The translations under genes were made by a program, and so were the position numbers. Source: Escherichia coli (GTDB taxonomy: Bacteria; Pseudomonadota; Gammaproteobacteria; Enterobacterales; Enterobacteriaceae). From it: 64,000 nt of DNA. Positions 52,734 to 62,734 of this stretch are shown in pieces (positions within the stretch are counted from its first letter, which is position 1; every line of letters starts with the position of its first letter). The notes beneath the pieces are model-generated. The model saw nothing but the letters and a program-made list of their open reading frames with translations, did not search any database and was not told the origin of the DNA. The DNA is taken from NCBI RefSeq assembly GCF_003018235.1, contig NZ_CP027437.1. One strand, given 5' to 3'.

Positions 52734-55070
52734 ATGATGGGCGCGGTGTTAATTAACGAAAATGATGAAGTGATGTTTTTCAACCCCGCCGCAGAGAAGC
52801 TCTGGGGGTACAAACGTGAAGAAGTTATTGGCAATAACATTGATATGCTGATTCCGCGGGATTTGCGTCCCGCGCATCCTGAATACATCCGTCACAACCG
52901 TGAAGGCGGTAAAGCGCGCGTCGAGGGGATGAGTCGGGAGCTGCAGCTGGAGAAAAAAGACGGCAGTAAAATCTGGACCCGTTTTGCGCTATCGAAAGTG
53001 AGCGCCGAGGGTAAAATTTATTACCTGGCGCTGGTACGGGATGCCAGCGTAGAAATGGCGCAAAAAGAACAGACCCGACAATTGATTATTGCCGTTGACC
53101 ATCTCGACCGACCGGTGATTGTCCTCGATCCGGAACGCCATATTGTGCAGTGCAATCGCGCATTTACCGAAATGTTTGGTTACTGCATTAGCGAAGCCAG
53201 CGGTATGCAGCCCGATTCACTCCTTAACATTCCAGAATTCCCTGCTGATAACCGCATTCGTTTACAACAGTTGCTATGGAAAACCGCCCGCGATCAGGAC
53301 GAATTTCTGCTGTTGACGCGCACCGGTGAAAAAATCTGGATTAAAGCCTCTATCAGCCCGGTCTATGATGTGCTCGCGCATCTGCAGAACCTGGTAATGA
53401 CTTTCTCGGATATCACCGAAGAACGGCAAATCCGCCAGCTTGAAGGCAATATTCTCGCCGCCATGTGCAGCAGCCCGCCATTTCATGAAATGGGGGAAAT
53501 TATTTGTCGTAACATCGAATCTGTACTCAACGAATCGCATGTTTCGCTGTTCGCGCTGCGCAACGGGATGCCGATACACTGGGCGTCATCTTCGCACGGT
53601 GCAGAAGTTCAAAATGCGCAAAGCTGGTCAGCGACCATTCGTCAGCGTGATGGTGCGCCTGCGGGGATCCTGCAAATTAAAACCTCGTCAGGAGCAGAAA
53701 CCAGCGCCTTTATCGAACGCGTGGCAGATATCAGCCAGCATATGGCCGCGCTGGCGCTGGAACAGGAAAAAAGCCGTCAGCATATTGAACAACTCATCCA
53801 ATTTGATCCGATGACCGGTCTGCCAAATCGCAATAACCTGCACAATTACCTCGATGACCTGGTCGACAAAGCCGTCTCTCCGGTGGTCTATCTCATCGGT
53901 GTTGACCATATTCAGGATGTGATTGATAGCCTTGGCTATGCGTGGGCCGATCAGGCATTGCTGGAAGTAGTCAATCGCTTTCGTGAAAAACTCAAACCGG
54001 ATCAGTATCTCTGTCGTATCGAAGGTACGCAGTTTGTCCTCGTGAGCCTGGAAAACGACGTCAGTAACATAACCCAAATCGCCGATGAGCTACGGAATGT
54101 GGTCAGCAAGCCGATAATGATTGACGATAAACCATTCCCGCTCACCTTGAGCATTGGCATCAGCTACGACGTGGGTAAAAACCGCGATTACCTGCTCTCC
54201 ACTGCTCACAATGCAATGGATTATATTCGCAAGAATGGCGGTAACGGCTGGCAGTTCTTCAGCCCGGCGATGAACGAAATGGTAAAAGAGCGTTTGGTTT
54301 TAGGCGCGGCGCTGAAAGAAGCAATTAGCAATAACCAACTGAAACTGGTTTACCAGCCGCAAATCTTCGCAGAAACGGGTGAACTGTACGGCATCGAAGC
54401 CCTTGCTCGCTGGCACGATCCCCTGCATGGTCATGTGCCCCCTTCACGGTTTATTCCTCTCGCAGAAGAGATCGGTGAAATCGAAAACATTGGGCGCTGG
54501 GTCATCGCGGAAGCTTGTCGTCAGTTAGCAGAATGGCGTAGCCAGAATATTCATATCCCGGCGCTTTCCGTTAACTTGTCGGCGCTGCACTTTCGCAGTA
54601 ATCAACTGCCTAATCAGGTGTCTGATGCAATGCACGCCTGGGGTATTGACGGCCACCAGCTGACGGTGGAAATCACGGAAAGCATGATGATGGAACACGA
54701 TACCGAAATCTTTAAGCGCATTCAGATCCTGCGCGATATGGGCGTGGGTTTATCGGTAGATGATTTTGGCACGGGCTTTTCCGGATTATCCCGCTTAGTC
54801 AGTCTTCCGGTAACGGAAATCAAAATTGACAAAAGTTTTGTCGATCGTTGTCTGACCGAAAAACGCATCCTTGCCTTACTTGAAGCCATTACCAGCATTG
54901 GGCAAAGCCTTAATTTAACCGTCGTGGCGGAAGGCGTCGAAACCAAAGAGCAATTTGAGATGCTACGCAAGATCCACTGTCGCGTTATTCAGGGATATTT
55001 CTTTTCCCGCCCCCTGCCCGCCGAAGAAATTCCAGGCTGGATGAGCAGTGTGTTACCGCTGAAAATCTGA
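52734..55070 (+). CDS. dosP: Heme-PAS oxygen-sensing c-di-GMP phosphodiesterase; 5' end frame-disrupted relative to the expected N-terminus
   Basis: 778-aa ORF with PAS, degenerate GGDEF and EAL domains. An in-frame-expected N-terminal extension (ATG 52648 or 52672) is in the -1 frame here; see findings. Confidence 0.85.
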   Translation: MMGAVLINENDEVMFFNPAAEKLWGYKREEVIGNNIDMLIPRDLRPAHPEYIRHNREGGKARVEGMSRELQLEKKDGSKIWTRFALSKVSAEGKIYYLALVRDASVEMAQKEQTRQLIIAVDHLDRPVIVLDPERHIVQCNRAFTEMFGYCISEASGMQPDSLLNIPEFPADNRIRLQQLLWKTARDQDEFLLLTRTGEKIWIKASISPVYDVLAHLQNLVMTFSDITEERQIRQLEGNILAAMCSSPPFHEMGEIICRNIESVLNESHVSLFALRNGMPIHWASSSHGAEVQNAQSWSATIRQRDGAPAGILQIKTSSGAETSAFIERVADISQHMAALALEQEKSRQHIEQLIQFDPMTGLPNRNNLHNYLDDLVDKAVSPVVYLIGVDHIQDVIDSLGYAWADQALLEVVNRFREKLKPDQYLCRIEGTQFVLVSLENDVSNITQIADELRNVVSKPIMIDDKPFPLTLSIGISYDVGKNRDYLLSTAHNAMDYIRKNGGNGWQFFSPAMNEMVKERLVLGAALKEAISNNQLKLVYQPQIFAETGELYGIEALARWHDPLHGHVPPSRFIPLAEEIGEIENIGRWVIAEACRQLAEWRSQNIHIPALSVNLSALHFRSNQLPNQVSDAMHAWGIDGHQLTVEITESMMMEHDTEIFKRIQILRDMGVGLSVDDFGTGFSGLSRLVSLPVTEIKIDKSFVDRCLTEKRILALLEAITSIGQSLNLTVVAEGVETKEQFEMLRKIHCRVIQGYFFSRPLPAEEIPGWMSSVLPLKI

Positions 55071-55082
55071 CAAATTCCTCTC

Positions 55083-55101
55083 GCCCGCACTCGCGGGTTT
55101 T
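55083..55101 (+). terminator. Rho-independent terminator downstream of dosP
   Basis: CCCGC-actc-GCGGG followed by TTTTCCTTT. Confidence 0.55.
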
Positions 55102-55327
55102 CCTTTAACGTGACACCGTCACTTAAATACTGTGATTTCAGCTACGATTCCGGGAGATTCCTTCTTTAACTTCCCCTCTTGCACCAAAACTGCACTACGC
55201 TGCACGAATGTTGATCAAAAGTTAAAAAATATAACTTTAAGCCAGCATTCTGGCGCTTATCCCGGCATGGCATGAGATCTGCATAAGCGGAAAGCGCAGC
55301 AATTTTTGTCTTATACAGGAACCGTTT

Positions 55328-55909
55328 ATGTCGGATACCACCGAACTGGTTGATTTAGCCGTGATCTTCCCTGATCTGGAGATCGAATTGAAATACGCCT
55401 GCGCTGATAACATCACAGGTAAAGCTATTTATCAGCAAGCGCGTTGTCTGTTACACAAGGATGCGATTACTGCGCTGGCGAAAAGTATCAGTATCGCCCA
55501 GCTGTCAGGCTTACAACTGGTGATTTACGATGCGTATCGCCCACAACAAGCACAGGCGATGTTGTGGCAAGCCTGCCCAGACCCGCAATATGTTGTTGAT
55601 GTGGCGGTCGGTTCTAATCACAGCCGTGGCACGGCGATCGACCTGACGCTTCGTGATGAGCACGGGAACATCCTGGATATGGGTGCAGAGTTCGATGAAA
55701 TGCACGAACGTTCCCATGCTTATCACCCTTCCGTCCCGCCCGCCGCTCAGCGCAATCGGCTGTTGCTGAATGCGATTATGACTGGCGGTGGCTTTGTCGG
55801 TATCCCGAGCGAATGGTGGCACTTCGAATTACCCCAGGCAGCGAGTTACCCACTACTCGCTGATCAATTCACCTGTTTTATATCCCCTGGCACACAGCAC
55901 GCCAGTTAA
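55328..55909 (+). CDS. ddpX: D-alanyl-D-alanine dipeptidase (VanX homologue)
   Basis: 193-aa ORF with VanX-like motifs (SNHSRGTAIDLTL, EWWHFE). Confidence 0.95.
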   Translation: MSDTTELVDLAVIFPDLEIELKYACADNITGKAIYQQARCLLHKDAITALAKSISIAQLSGLQLVIYDAYRPQQAQAMLWQACPDPQYVVDVAVGSNHSRGTAIDLTLRDEHGNILDMGAEFDEMHERSHAYHPSVPPAAQRNRLLLNAIMTGGGFVGIPSEWWHFELPQAASYPLLADQFTCFISPGTQHAS

Positions 55910-55922
55910 TCAGGAAACTGTC

Positions 55923-57473
55923 ATGAAGAGATCGATATCGTTTCGTCCTACATTGCTCGCGATCGTCCTTGCCACAACAATGCCGGTTGCGCACGCCGCC
56001 GTACCGAAAGATATGTTGGTGATCGGTAAAGCTGCCGACCCACAAACCCTCGACCCGGCGGTAACAATTGATAATAACGACTGGACAGTGACCTACCCGT
56101 CTTATCAGCGACTGGTTCAGTACAAAACGGACGGTGATAAAGGCTCAACCGACGTTGAAGGCGATCTGGCGAGTAGCTGGAAAGCGTCTGACGATCAAAA
56201 AGAGTGGACGTTCACCCTGAAGGACAATGCTAAATTTGCCGATGGCACACCTGTCACTGCCGAAGCAGTAAAACTCTCTTTTGAGCGGTTACTAAAAATC
56301 GGCCAGGGGCCAGCAGAAGCATTTCCCAAAGATTTAAAGATTGATGCTCCCGACGAACATACAGTGAGGTTTACCCTTAGCCAGCCATTCGCACCGTTCC
56401 TCTACACACTGGCGAATGACGGTGCATCCATTATCAATCCGGCGGTCTTAAAGGAGCATGCGGCGGATGATGCCCGTGGTTTCCTCGCGCAAAATACCGC
56501 TGGCTCCGGACCGTTTATGCTGAAAAGCTGGCAAAAAGGTCAGCAATTAGTTCTGGTGCCAAATCCGCATTACCCCGGCAATAAACCGAATTTCAAACGG
56601 GTATCGGTAAAAATTATCGGTGAAAGTGCCTCCCGTCGCCTGCAGCTCTCCCGTGGCGACATTGACATTGCCGATGCGCTGCCGGTGGATCAACTCAACG
56701 CACTGAAGCAGGAAAACAAAGTCAATGTGGCAGAGTATCCGTCACTGCGCGTCACCTATCTGTATCTGAATAACAGCAAAGCGCCACTTAATCAGGCGGA
56801 TTTGCGTCGGGCCATTTCCTGGTCTACCGATTATCAGGGCATGGTTAACGGCATTCTGAGTGGTAACGGAAAACAGATGCGCGGCCCGATTCCGGAAGGC
56901 ATGTGGGGATACGATGCGACGGCAATGCAATACAACCATGACGAAACGAAAGCCAAAGCCGAATGGGATAAAGTGACGAGCAAACCCACCAGCGTGACGT
57001 TTCTCTATTCTGATAATGATCCGAACTGGGAGCCTATTGCTCTGGCGACACAATCCAGTCTCAACAAGCTGGGCATCAATGTGAAGCTGGAAAAGCTGGC
57101 GAACGCCACCATGCGCGACAGAGTGGGTAAAGGTGATTACGACATCGCGATTGGCAACTGGAGTCCGGATTTTGCCGACCCGTATATGTTTATGAATTAC
57201 TGGTTTGAGTCCGACAAAAAAGGTCTGCCGGGTAACCGCTCGTTCTATGAAAACAGTGAGGTCGATAAGTTACTGCGCAATGCGCTAGCGACCACCGACC
57301 AGACGCAGCGTACCCGGGACTACCAGCAGGCACAGAAAATCGTCATTGATGACGCTGCTTATGTGTACCTGTTCCAGAAAAACTACCAACTGGCGATGAA
57401 CAAAGAGGTGAAAGGCTTTGTGTTCAATCCCATGCTGGAACAGGTCTTCAATATCAATACCATGAGTAAATAA
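55923..57473 (+). CDS. ddpA: Periplasmic D,D-dipeptide-binding protein (ABC substrate-binding)
   Basis: 516 aa from ATG 55923 (MKRSISFRPTLLAIVLATTMPVAHA..., AGGA SD 7 nt upstream), within track ORF 55788..57473. Confidence 0.9.
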   Translation: MKRSISFRPTLLAIVLATTMPVAHAAVPKDMLVIGKAADPQTLDPAVTIDNNDWTVTYPSYQRLVQYKTDGDKGSTDVEGDLASSWKASDDQKEWTFTLKDNAKFADGTPVTAEAVKLSFERLLKIGQGPAEAFPKDLKIDAPDEHTVRFTLSQPFAPFLYTLANDGASIINPAVLKEHAADDARGFLAQNTAGSGPFMLKSWQKGQQLVLVPNPHYPGNKPNFKRVSVKIIGESASRRLQLSRGDIDIADALPVDQLNALKQENKVNVAEYPSLRVTYLYLNNSKAPLNQADLRRAISWSTDYQGMVNGILSGNGKQMRGPIPEGMWGYDATAMQYNHDETKAKAEWDKVTSKPTSVTFLYSDNDPNWEPIALATQSSLNKLGINVKLEKLANATMRDRVGKGDYDIAIGNWSPDFADPYMFMNYWFESDKKGLPGNRSFYENSEVDKLLRNALATTDQTQRTRDYQQAQKIVIDDAAYVYLFQKNYQLAMNKEVKGFVFNPMLEQVFNINTMSK

Positions 57474-57474
57474 C

Positions 57475-58497
57475 GTGACCTTCTGGAGTATTTTACGCCA
57501 ACGCTGCTGGGGGCTGGTGCTCGTGGTGGCGGGCGTCTGTGTGATTACGTTTATTATCTCGCACCTGATCCCCGGCGATCCGGCGCGGTTACTGGCGGGT
57601 GACCGCGCCAGCGATGCTATCGTGGATAATATTCGCCAGCAACTGGGACTGGACCAGCCACTGTATGTACAGTTTTACCGCTACGTCAGCGACCTGTTTC
57701 AGGGTGACCTGGGAACATCCATTCGTACCGGGCGTCCGGTGCTGGAAGAGTTGCGCATATTTTTCCCGGCGACGCTGGAACTGGCTTTTTGTGCCCTGCT
57801 GCTGGCACTCCTGATTGGCATCCCGCTGGGCATACTCTCTGCAGTCTGGCGAAATCGCTGGCTGGATCATCTGGTGCGAATAATGGCCATTACCGGAATC
57901 TCCACACCTGCGTTCTGGCTTGGGCTGGGCGTCATTGTGCTGTTTTATGGTCATCTGCAAATTCTTCCCGGCGGCGGAAGGCTTGATGACTGGCTGGATC
58001 CACCAACGCACGTTACCGGCTTTTATCTGCTCGATGCGCTGCTTGAAGGCAACGGTGAAGTCTTCTTCAATGCGCTGCAACATCTCATCTTACCGGCATT
58101 AACGCTGGCGTTCGTTCACCTGGGAATTGTCGCTCGCCAGATCCGCTCAGCTATGCTGGAACAATTGAGTGAAGATTACATTCGTACCGCCCGGGCCAGC
58201 GGCTTGCCCGGCTGGTATATCGTTTTATGTTATGCGCTACCCAATGCGTTGATCCCATCGATTACCGTATTGGGTCTGGCGCTGGGCGATTTGTTGTATG
58301 GCGCAGTGCTCACCGAAACCGTTTTTGCCTGGCCCGGAATGGGTGCATGGGTAGTAACATCAATACAGGCGCTCGACTTCCCGGCAGTGATGGGCTTTGC
58401 CGTCGTGGTTTCGTTTGCTTATGTGCTGGTGAACCTGGTGGTGGATTTGCTCTATTTGTGGATTGATCCGCGTATCGGACGTGGAGGTGGTGAATGA
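57475..58497 (+). CDS. ddpB: D,D-dipeptide ABC transporter permease
   Basis: 340-aa polytopic ORF; starts 2 nt after ddpA. Confidence 0.95.
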   Translation: MTFWSILRQRCWGLVLVVAGVCVITFIISHLIPGDPARLLAGDRASDAIVDNIRQQLGLDQPLYVQFYRYVSDLFQGDLGTSIRTGRPVLEELRIFFPATLELAFCALLLALLIGIPLGILSAVWRNRWLDHLVRIMAITGISTPAFWLGLGVIVLFYGHLQILPGGGRLDDWLDPPTHVTGFYLLDALLEGNGEVFFNALQHLILPALTLAFVHLGIVARQIRSAMLEQLSEDYIRTARASGLPGWYIVLCYALPNALIPSITVLGLALGDLLYGAVLTETVFAWPGMGAWVVTSIQALDFPAVMGFAVVVSFAYVLVNLVVDLLYLWIDPRIGRGGGE

Positions 58498-59390
58498 TGC
58501 TAAGCGAGGAAACGTCAGCCGTGCGCCCACCAAAACAAACGCGATTTAACGGTGCAAAACTGGTATGGATGCTGAAAGGCAGCCCGCTTACCGTGACCGG
58601 CGCAGTCATCATTGTATTAATGCTACTGATGATGATTTTTTCACCGTGGCTGGCGACGCATGATCCCAACGCCATTGATTTAACCGCCCGCCTTTTGCCG
58701 CCTTCTGCGGCGCACTGGTTTGGCACCGATGAAGTGGGACGCGATCTGTTTAGCCGCGTACTGGTCGGCAGTCAGCAATCAATTCTCGCCGGATTAGTGG
58801 TGGTCGCCATTGCAGGTATGATGGGGTCGCTACTCGGGTGTCTATCCGGTGTGCTTGGCGGACGTGCAGACGCGATTATCATGCGCATCATGGACATTAT
58901 GCTGTCGATTCCTTCGCTGGTGCTGACAATGGCACTGGCAGCCGCTCTCGGGCCGAGTTTGTTTAACGCCATGCTGGCGATTGCTATTGTGCGAATTCCC
59001 TTTTATGTGCGCTTGGCGCGGGGGCAAACATTAGTTGTTCGCCAGTATACCTATGTTCAGGCGGCGAAAACCTTTGGTGCGTCGCGTTGGCATCTGATCA
59101 ACTGGCATATTTTACGTAACTCCCTGCCGCCGCTGATTGTGCAGGCATCGCTGGATATCGGTAGCGCGATTTTAATGGCCGCCACGTTGGGATTTATTGG
59201 CCTGGGTGCTCAACAACCGAGTGCTGAATGGGGGGCGATGGTGGCGAATGGTCGCAACTATGTACTCGATCAGTGGTGGTATTGCGCATTTCCGGGGGCA
59301 GCGATTTTGCTTACCGCCGTCGGGTTCAATCTCTTTGGTGATGGTATTCGCGATCTGCTTGACCCGAAAGCAGGAGGAAAGCAGTCATGA
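58494..59390 (+). CDS. ddpC: D,D-dipeptide ABC transporter permease
   Basis: 298-aa polytopic ORF; 4-nt overlap with ddpB. Confidence 0.95.
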   Translation: MMLSEETSAVRPPKQTRFNGAKLVWMLKGSPLTVTGAVIIVLMLLMMIFSPWLATHDPNAIDLTARLLPPSAAHWFGTDEVGRDLFSRVLVGSQQSILAGLVVVAIAGMMGSLLGCLSGVLGGRADAIIMRIMDIMLSIPSLVLTMALAAALGPSLFNAMLAIAIVRIPFYVRLARGQTLVVRQYTYVQAAKTFGASRWHLINWHILRNSLPPLIVQASLDIGSAILMAATLGFIGLGAQQPSAEWGAMVANGRNYVLDQWWYCAFPGAAILLTAVGFNLFGDGIRDLLDPKAGGKQS

Positions 59391-60373
59391 CCCAACCCGT
59401 TCTGGACATTCAACAGCTGTATTTGAGTTTCCCCGGTTTTAACGGCGACGTTCACGCGCTCAACAATGTGTCATTGAAAATCAACCGCGGTGAAATTGTC
59501 GGTCTGGTGGGAGAATCCGGCTCGGGTAAATCAGTCACTGCAATGTTGATTATGCGTCTGTTACCGACGGGCAGTTATTGCGTACATCGGGGACATATTT
59601 CACTGCTGGGAGAAGATGCTCTTAACGCTCGGGAAAAGCAGCTTCGTCAGTGGCGCGGCGCACGAGTGGCGATGATCTTTCAGGAACCGATGACCGCCCT
59701 TAATCCGACACGTCGAATAGGTCTTCAGATGATGGACGTGATCCGCCATCATCAACCAAAAAGTCGTCGGGAAGCCAGAGCTAAAGCGATTGCCCTGCTG
59801 GAAGAGATGCAAATCCCGGATGCCGTGGAAGTTATGTCGCGCTATCCGTTTGAGCTTTCAGGTGGTATGCGACAGCGGGTAATGATTGCGCTGGCATTCT
59901 CCTGCGAGCCGCAATTGATTATTGCCGACGAACCGACTACGGCGCTGGACGTCACGGTACAGTTGCAGGTACTGCGTCTGCTTAAACATAAAGCCCGCGC
60001 CAGTGGAACTGCGGTACTGTTCATCAGCCATGATATGGCCGTGGTGTCGCAACTGTGCGATAGCGTTTACGTGATGTATGCCGGAAGCGTGATTGAGAGC
60101 GGCGTGACGGCAGACGTTATCCATCATCCCCGGCATCCGTATACCATTGGTTTGCTGCAATGCGCACCGGAACATGGAATACCGCGCCAGCCATTACCCG
60201 CTATTCCGGGGACGGTACCAAACCTCACCCATTTGCCTGACGGCTGCGCTTTTCGCGATCGTTGCTATGCGGCAGGTGCACAGTGTGAAAACGTCCCGGC
60301 GCTAACAGCGTATGGTGACAACAACCACCGCTGCGCCTGTTGGTATCCTCAGCAGGAGGTCATTAGTGTCTGA
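59387..60373 (+). CDS. ddpD: D,D-dipeptide ABC transporter ATP-binding protein
   Basis: 328-aa ORF with Walker A GESGSGKS; 4-nt overlap with ddpC. Confidence 0.95.
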   Translation: MTQPVLDIQQLYLSFPGFNGDVHALNNVSLKINRGEIVGLVGESGSGKSVTAMLIMRLLPTGSYCVHRGHISLLGEDALNAREKQLRQWRGARVAMIFQEPMTALNPTRRIGLQMMDVIRHHQPKSRREARAKAIALLEEMQIPDAVEVMSRYPFELSGGMRQRVMIALAFSCEPQLIIADEPTTALDVTVQLQVLRLLKHKARASGTAVLFISHDMAVVSQLCDSVYVMYAGSVIESGVTADVIHHPRHPYTIGLLQCAPEHGIPRQPLPAIPGTVPNLTHLPDGCAFRDRCYAAGAQCENVPALTAYGDNNHRCACWYPQQEVISV

Positions 60374-61292
60374 CACGTTATTAACGTTACGCGACGTCCA
60401 TATCAATTTCCCGGCCCGAAAAAACTGGCTTGGTAAAACTACGGAACATGTTCATGCCATCAATGGTATTGATTTACAGATCCGTCGTAGTGAAACCTTA
60501 GGGATCGTCGGTGAGTCAGGCTGCGGCAAAAGCACCCTCGCACAGCTTTTAATGGGTATGCTGCAACCGAGCCACGGGCAGTACATCCGTTCAAGATCAC
60601 AACGCATTATGCAGATGGTGTTTCAGGACCCGCTCTCTTCGCTCAATCCGCGCTTACCGGTGTGGCGCATCATCACAGAACCGCTCTGGATAGCTAAGCG
60701 TAGTAGTGAACAACAGCGGCGAGCGTTGGCAGAGGAGCTGGCTGTGCAGGTGGGTATTCGTCCGGAGTATCTCGATCGCTTGCCTCATGCGTTCTCAGGC
60801 GGGCAGCGGCAACGTATCGCCATTGCCAGAGCACTCTCTTCGCAGCCTGACGTGATTGTGCTTGATGAACCAACCTCGGCGCTGGATATCTCCGTGCAGG
60901 CGCAGATCCTCAATTTACTGGTAACGCTACAGGAAAATCGCGGGCTGACTTATGTGCTGATTTCACACAATGTCTCGGTGATACGTCATATGAGCGATCG
61001 GGTGGCGGTGATGTATCTCGGACAGATTGTGGAACTAGGAGACGCGCAACAGGTGCTGACAGCTCCGGCACATCCATACACCCGATTATTGCTGGATTCC
61101 CTCCCCGCCATTGATAAACCGCTGGAGGAAGAATGGGCATTACGTAAAACGGATCTACCAGGAAACCGCACGTTGCCACAAGGCTGTTTTTTCCGCGAAC
61201 GCTGCCCTCTGGCAACCCACGGATGTGAAGTCCGGCAATCATTAACAATAAGGGAGGACGGACGTGAGATCCGGTGCTGGCGGGCGCTGTAG
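60366..61292 (+). CDS. ddpF: D,D-dipeptide ABC transporter ATP-binding protein
   Basis: 308 aa from GTG 60366 (VSDTLLTLRDVHINF...), Walker A GESGCGKST; 8-nt overlap with ddpD. Track ORF starts at 60312. Confidence 0.85.
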   Translation: MSDTLLTLRDVHINFPARKNWLGKTTEHVHAINGIDLQIRRSETLGIVGESGCGKSTLAQLLMGMLQPSHGQYIRSRSQRIMQMVFQDPLSSLNPRLPVWRIITEPLWIAKRSSEQQRRALAEELAVQVGIRPEYLDRLPHAFSGGQRQRIAIARALSSQPDVIVLDEPTSALDISVQAQILNLLVTLQENRGLTYVLISHNVSVIRHMSDRVAVMYLGQIVELGDAQQVLTAPAHPYTRLLLDSLPAIDKPLEEEWALRKTDLPGNRTLPQGCFFRERCPLATHGCEVRQSLTIREDGREIRCWRAL

Positions 61293-61299
61293 AGACGCT

Positions 61300-61345
61300 A
61301 ACAACGCATCAGGCAATCACGCGCCTGACGCGTCATCCGGCAACG
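61300..61345. repeat. REP-like palindromic element between convergent ddpF and osmC
   Basis: CGCATCAGGC...GCGCCTGACGCGTCATCCGGCA, imperfect GC-rich palindromes resembling enterobacterial REP units. Confidence 0.4.
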
Positions 61346-61347
61346 CT

Positions 61348-61779
61348 TTACGATTTCAACTGGTAATCAAGCGTAATTTCAGCTTTCAGTACCTGAGAAA
61401 CCGGGCATCCTGCTTTTGCTTTCTGGATAATGCCGTCAAAAGTAGAGGCATCAATACCCGGCACCGCAACTTCGCTCTTCAGTGCGATTTTAGTAATCGC
61501 AAAACCTGCATCCACTTTATCCAGCGACACATCGGCGGTGGTATCAATCGATGTTGGCGTGAATCCCGCTTCCCCCAGCATTAATGAAAGCGCCATTGAG
61601 AAACATGCGGCATGCGCTGCGCCAATCAGTTCTTCAGGGTTGGTTCCTTTTTCGCCTTCAAAACGCGTGTTAAATCCATACGGCTGTTGGTTCAGCACGC
61701 CGCTCTCGGTGGATACAGTTCCCTTCCCGCGTTTGATATCGCCTTCCCAGTGTGCCTGACCTTTCTTATGGATTGTCAT
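61348..61779 (-). CDS. osmC: Osmotically inducible peroxiredoxin (OsmC/Ohr family)
   Basis: 143-aa ORF (MTIHKKGQAHWEGDIKRGKGTVSTESGVLNQQPYGFNTRFEG...). Confidence 0.95.
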   Translation of the reverse strand: MTIHKKGQAHWEGDIKRGKGTVSTESGVLNQQPYGFNTRFEGEKGTNPEELIGAAHAACFSMALSLMLGEAGFTPTSIDTTADVSLDKVDAGFAITKIALKSEVAVPGIDASTFDGIIQKAKAGCPVSQVLKAEITLDYQLKS

Positions 61780-62123
61780 TGTTGCTCTCCTGTGGGCTTA
61801 AAAAGGAAATTATAGACTACGTGAGAAACCGCACGAGGATAAGCAGGATATTCCGAATGAAATCCGGCGAAAACATTATCTCTGTACTTAAATTAAATTC
61901 CCACAATAGATAACAGGAAATATATGACTCAAAAGATATTGTATCAATATTAATCGATTCACACCAATAACAATCCCTATCAATATCATAGTGTTAAAAT
62001 ATAAAACTCATCAACCAGGACTAATCTTAACAACGAAGCGGCAAATATTTGCCATGCTGAATGTGCTTTATAAATCTGCGATCCGTAGCAGACACCATAA
62101 ATACACAGACACGGAGAATCACT

Positions 62124-62339
62124 ATGTTTACTTATTATCAGGCAGAAAATTCAACAGCAGAACCCGCTCTGGTTAATGCCATTGAGCAAGGCCTTCGGGC
62201 AGAGCACGGTGTTGTCACTGAAGATGACATTCTCATGGAGCTGACCAAATGGGTGGAAGCTTCTGATAACGACATCCTCAGTGATATCTACCAGCAAACG
62301 ATCAATTATGTGGTCAGTGGCCAGCACCCTACGCTTTAA
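62124..62339 (+). CDS. bdm: Biofilm-dependent modulation protein
   Basis: 71 aa from ATG 62124 (MFTYYQAENSTAEPALVNAIEQG...), GGAG SD 7 nt upstream. Confidence 0.85.
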   Translation: MFTYYQAENSTAEPALVNAIEQGLRAEHGVVTEDDILMELTKWVEASDNDILSDIYQQTINYVVSGQHPTL

Positions 62340-62440
62340 GGTGCTATGCTTGATCGGCAACCTAATTTAGGGGTTTAGCACGTGTTTCTTCGCTACGGCG
62401 ATGTTGTCCTTAAAACTAGCAACAGGATTGAGGAGTTAAA

Positions 62441-62578
62441 ATGAAATCGAACCGTCAGGCACGTCATATTCTTGGACTGGACCATAAAATTTCTAACCAG
62501 CGCAAAATAGTTACCGAAGGTGACAAATCCAGCGTGGTAAATAACCCAACCGGCAGAAAACGCCCCTCTGAAAAGTAA
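62441..62578 (+). CDS. sra: Stationary-phase-induced ribosome-associated protein (45 aa)
   Basis: Hand-translated (below the ORF-track cutoff): AGGAG SD at 62431-62435, ATG 62441, [45 protein letters not shown]. Confidence 0.85.
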   Translation: MKSNRQARHILGLDHKISNQRKIVTEGDKSSVVNNPTGRKRPSEK

Positions 62579-62609
62579 TTCATAACCATCAGTCCTCAAT
62601 GACGATTAA

Positions 62610-62643
62610 ACACCATTGCCTGCGCAATGGTGTTTTTGTTTTT
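62610..62643 (+). terminator. Rho-independent terminator downstream of sra
   Basis: ACACCATTG-cctgcg-CAATGGTGT followed by TTTTTGTTTTT. Confidence 0.85.
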
Positions 62644-62734
62644 ATCTGCTTTATACTTGGGGCCGACGCCCTGGCGGTAAAGCAAAGACGATAAAAGCGT
62701 GCCAGGGATGGATATTCAAAAAAGAGTGAGTGAC

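Noticed and set aside
52672-52737. Treating the 21-codon ORF upstream of dosP as an independent small gene
   Set aside because: It is more parsimoniously the displaced N-terminal codons of dosP (frame discontinuity), so it is reported as a finding rather than a separate gene.
57589-58083. 164-aa antisense ORF inside ddpB
   Set aside because: Antisense within a GC-rich permease gene; reverse frames of membrane-protein genes are often open by chance.
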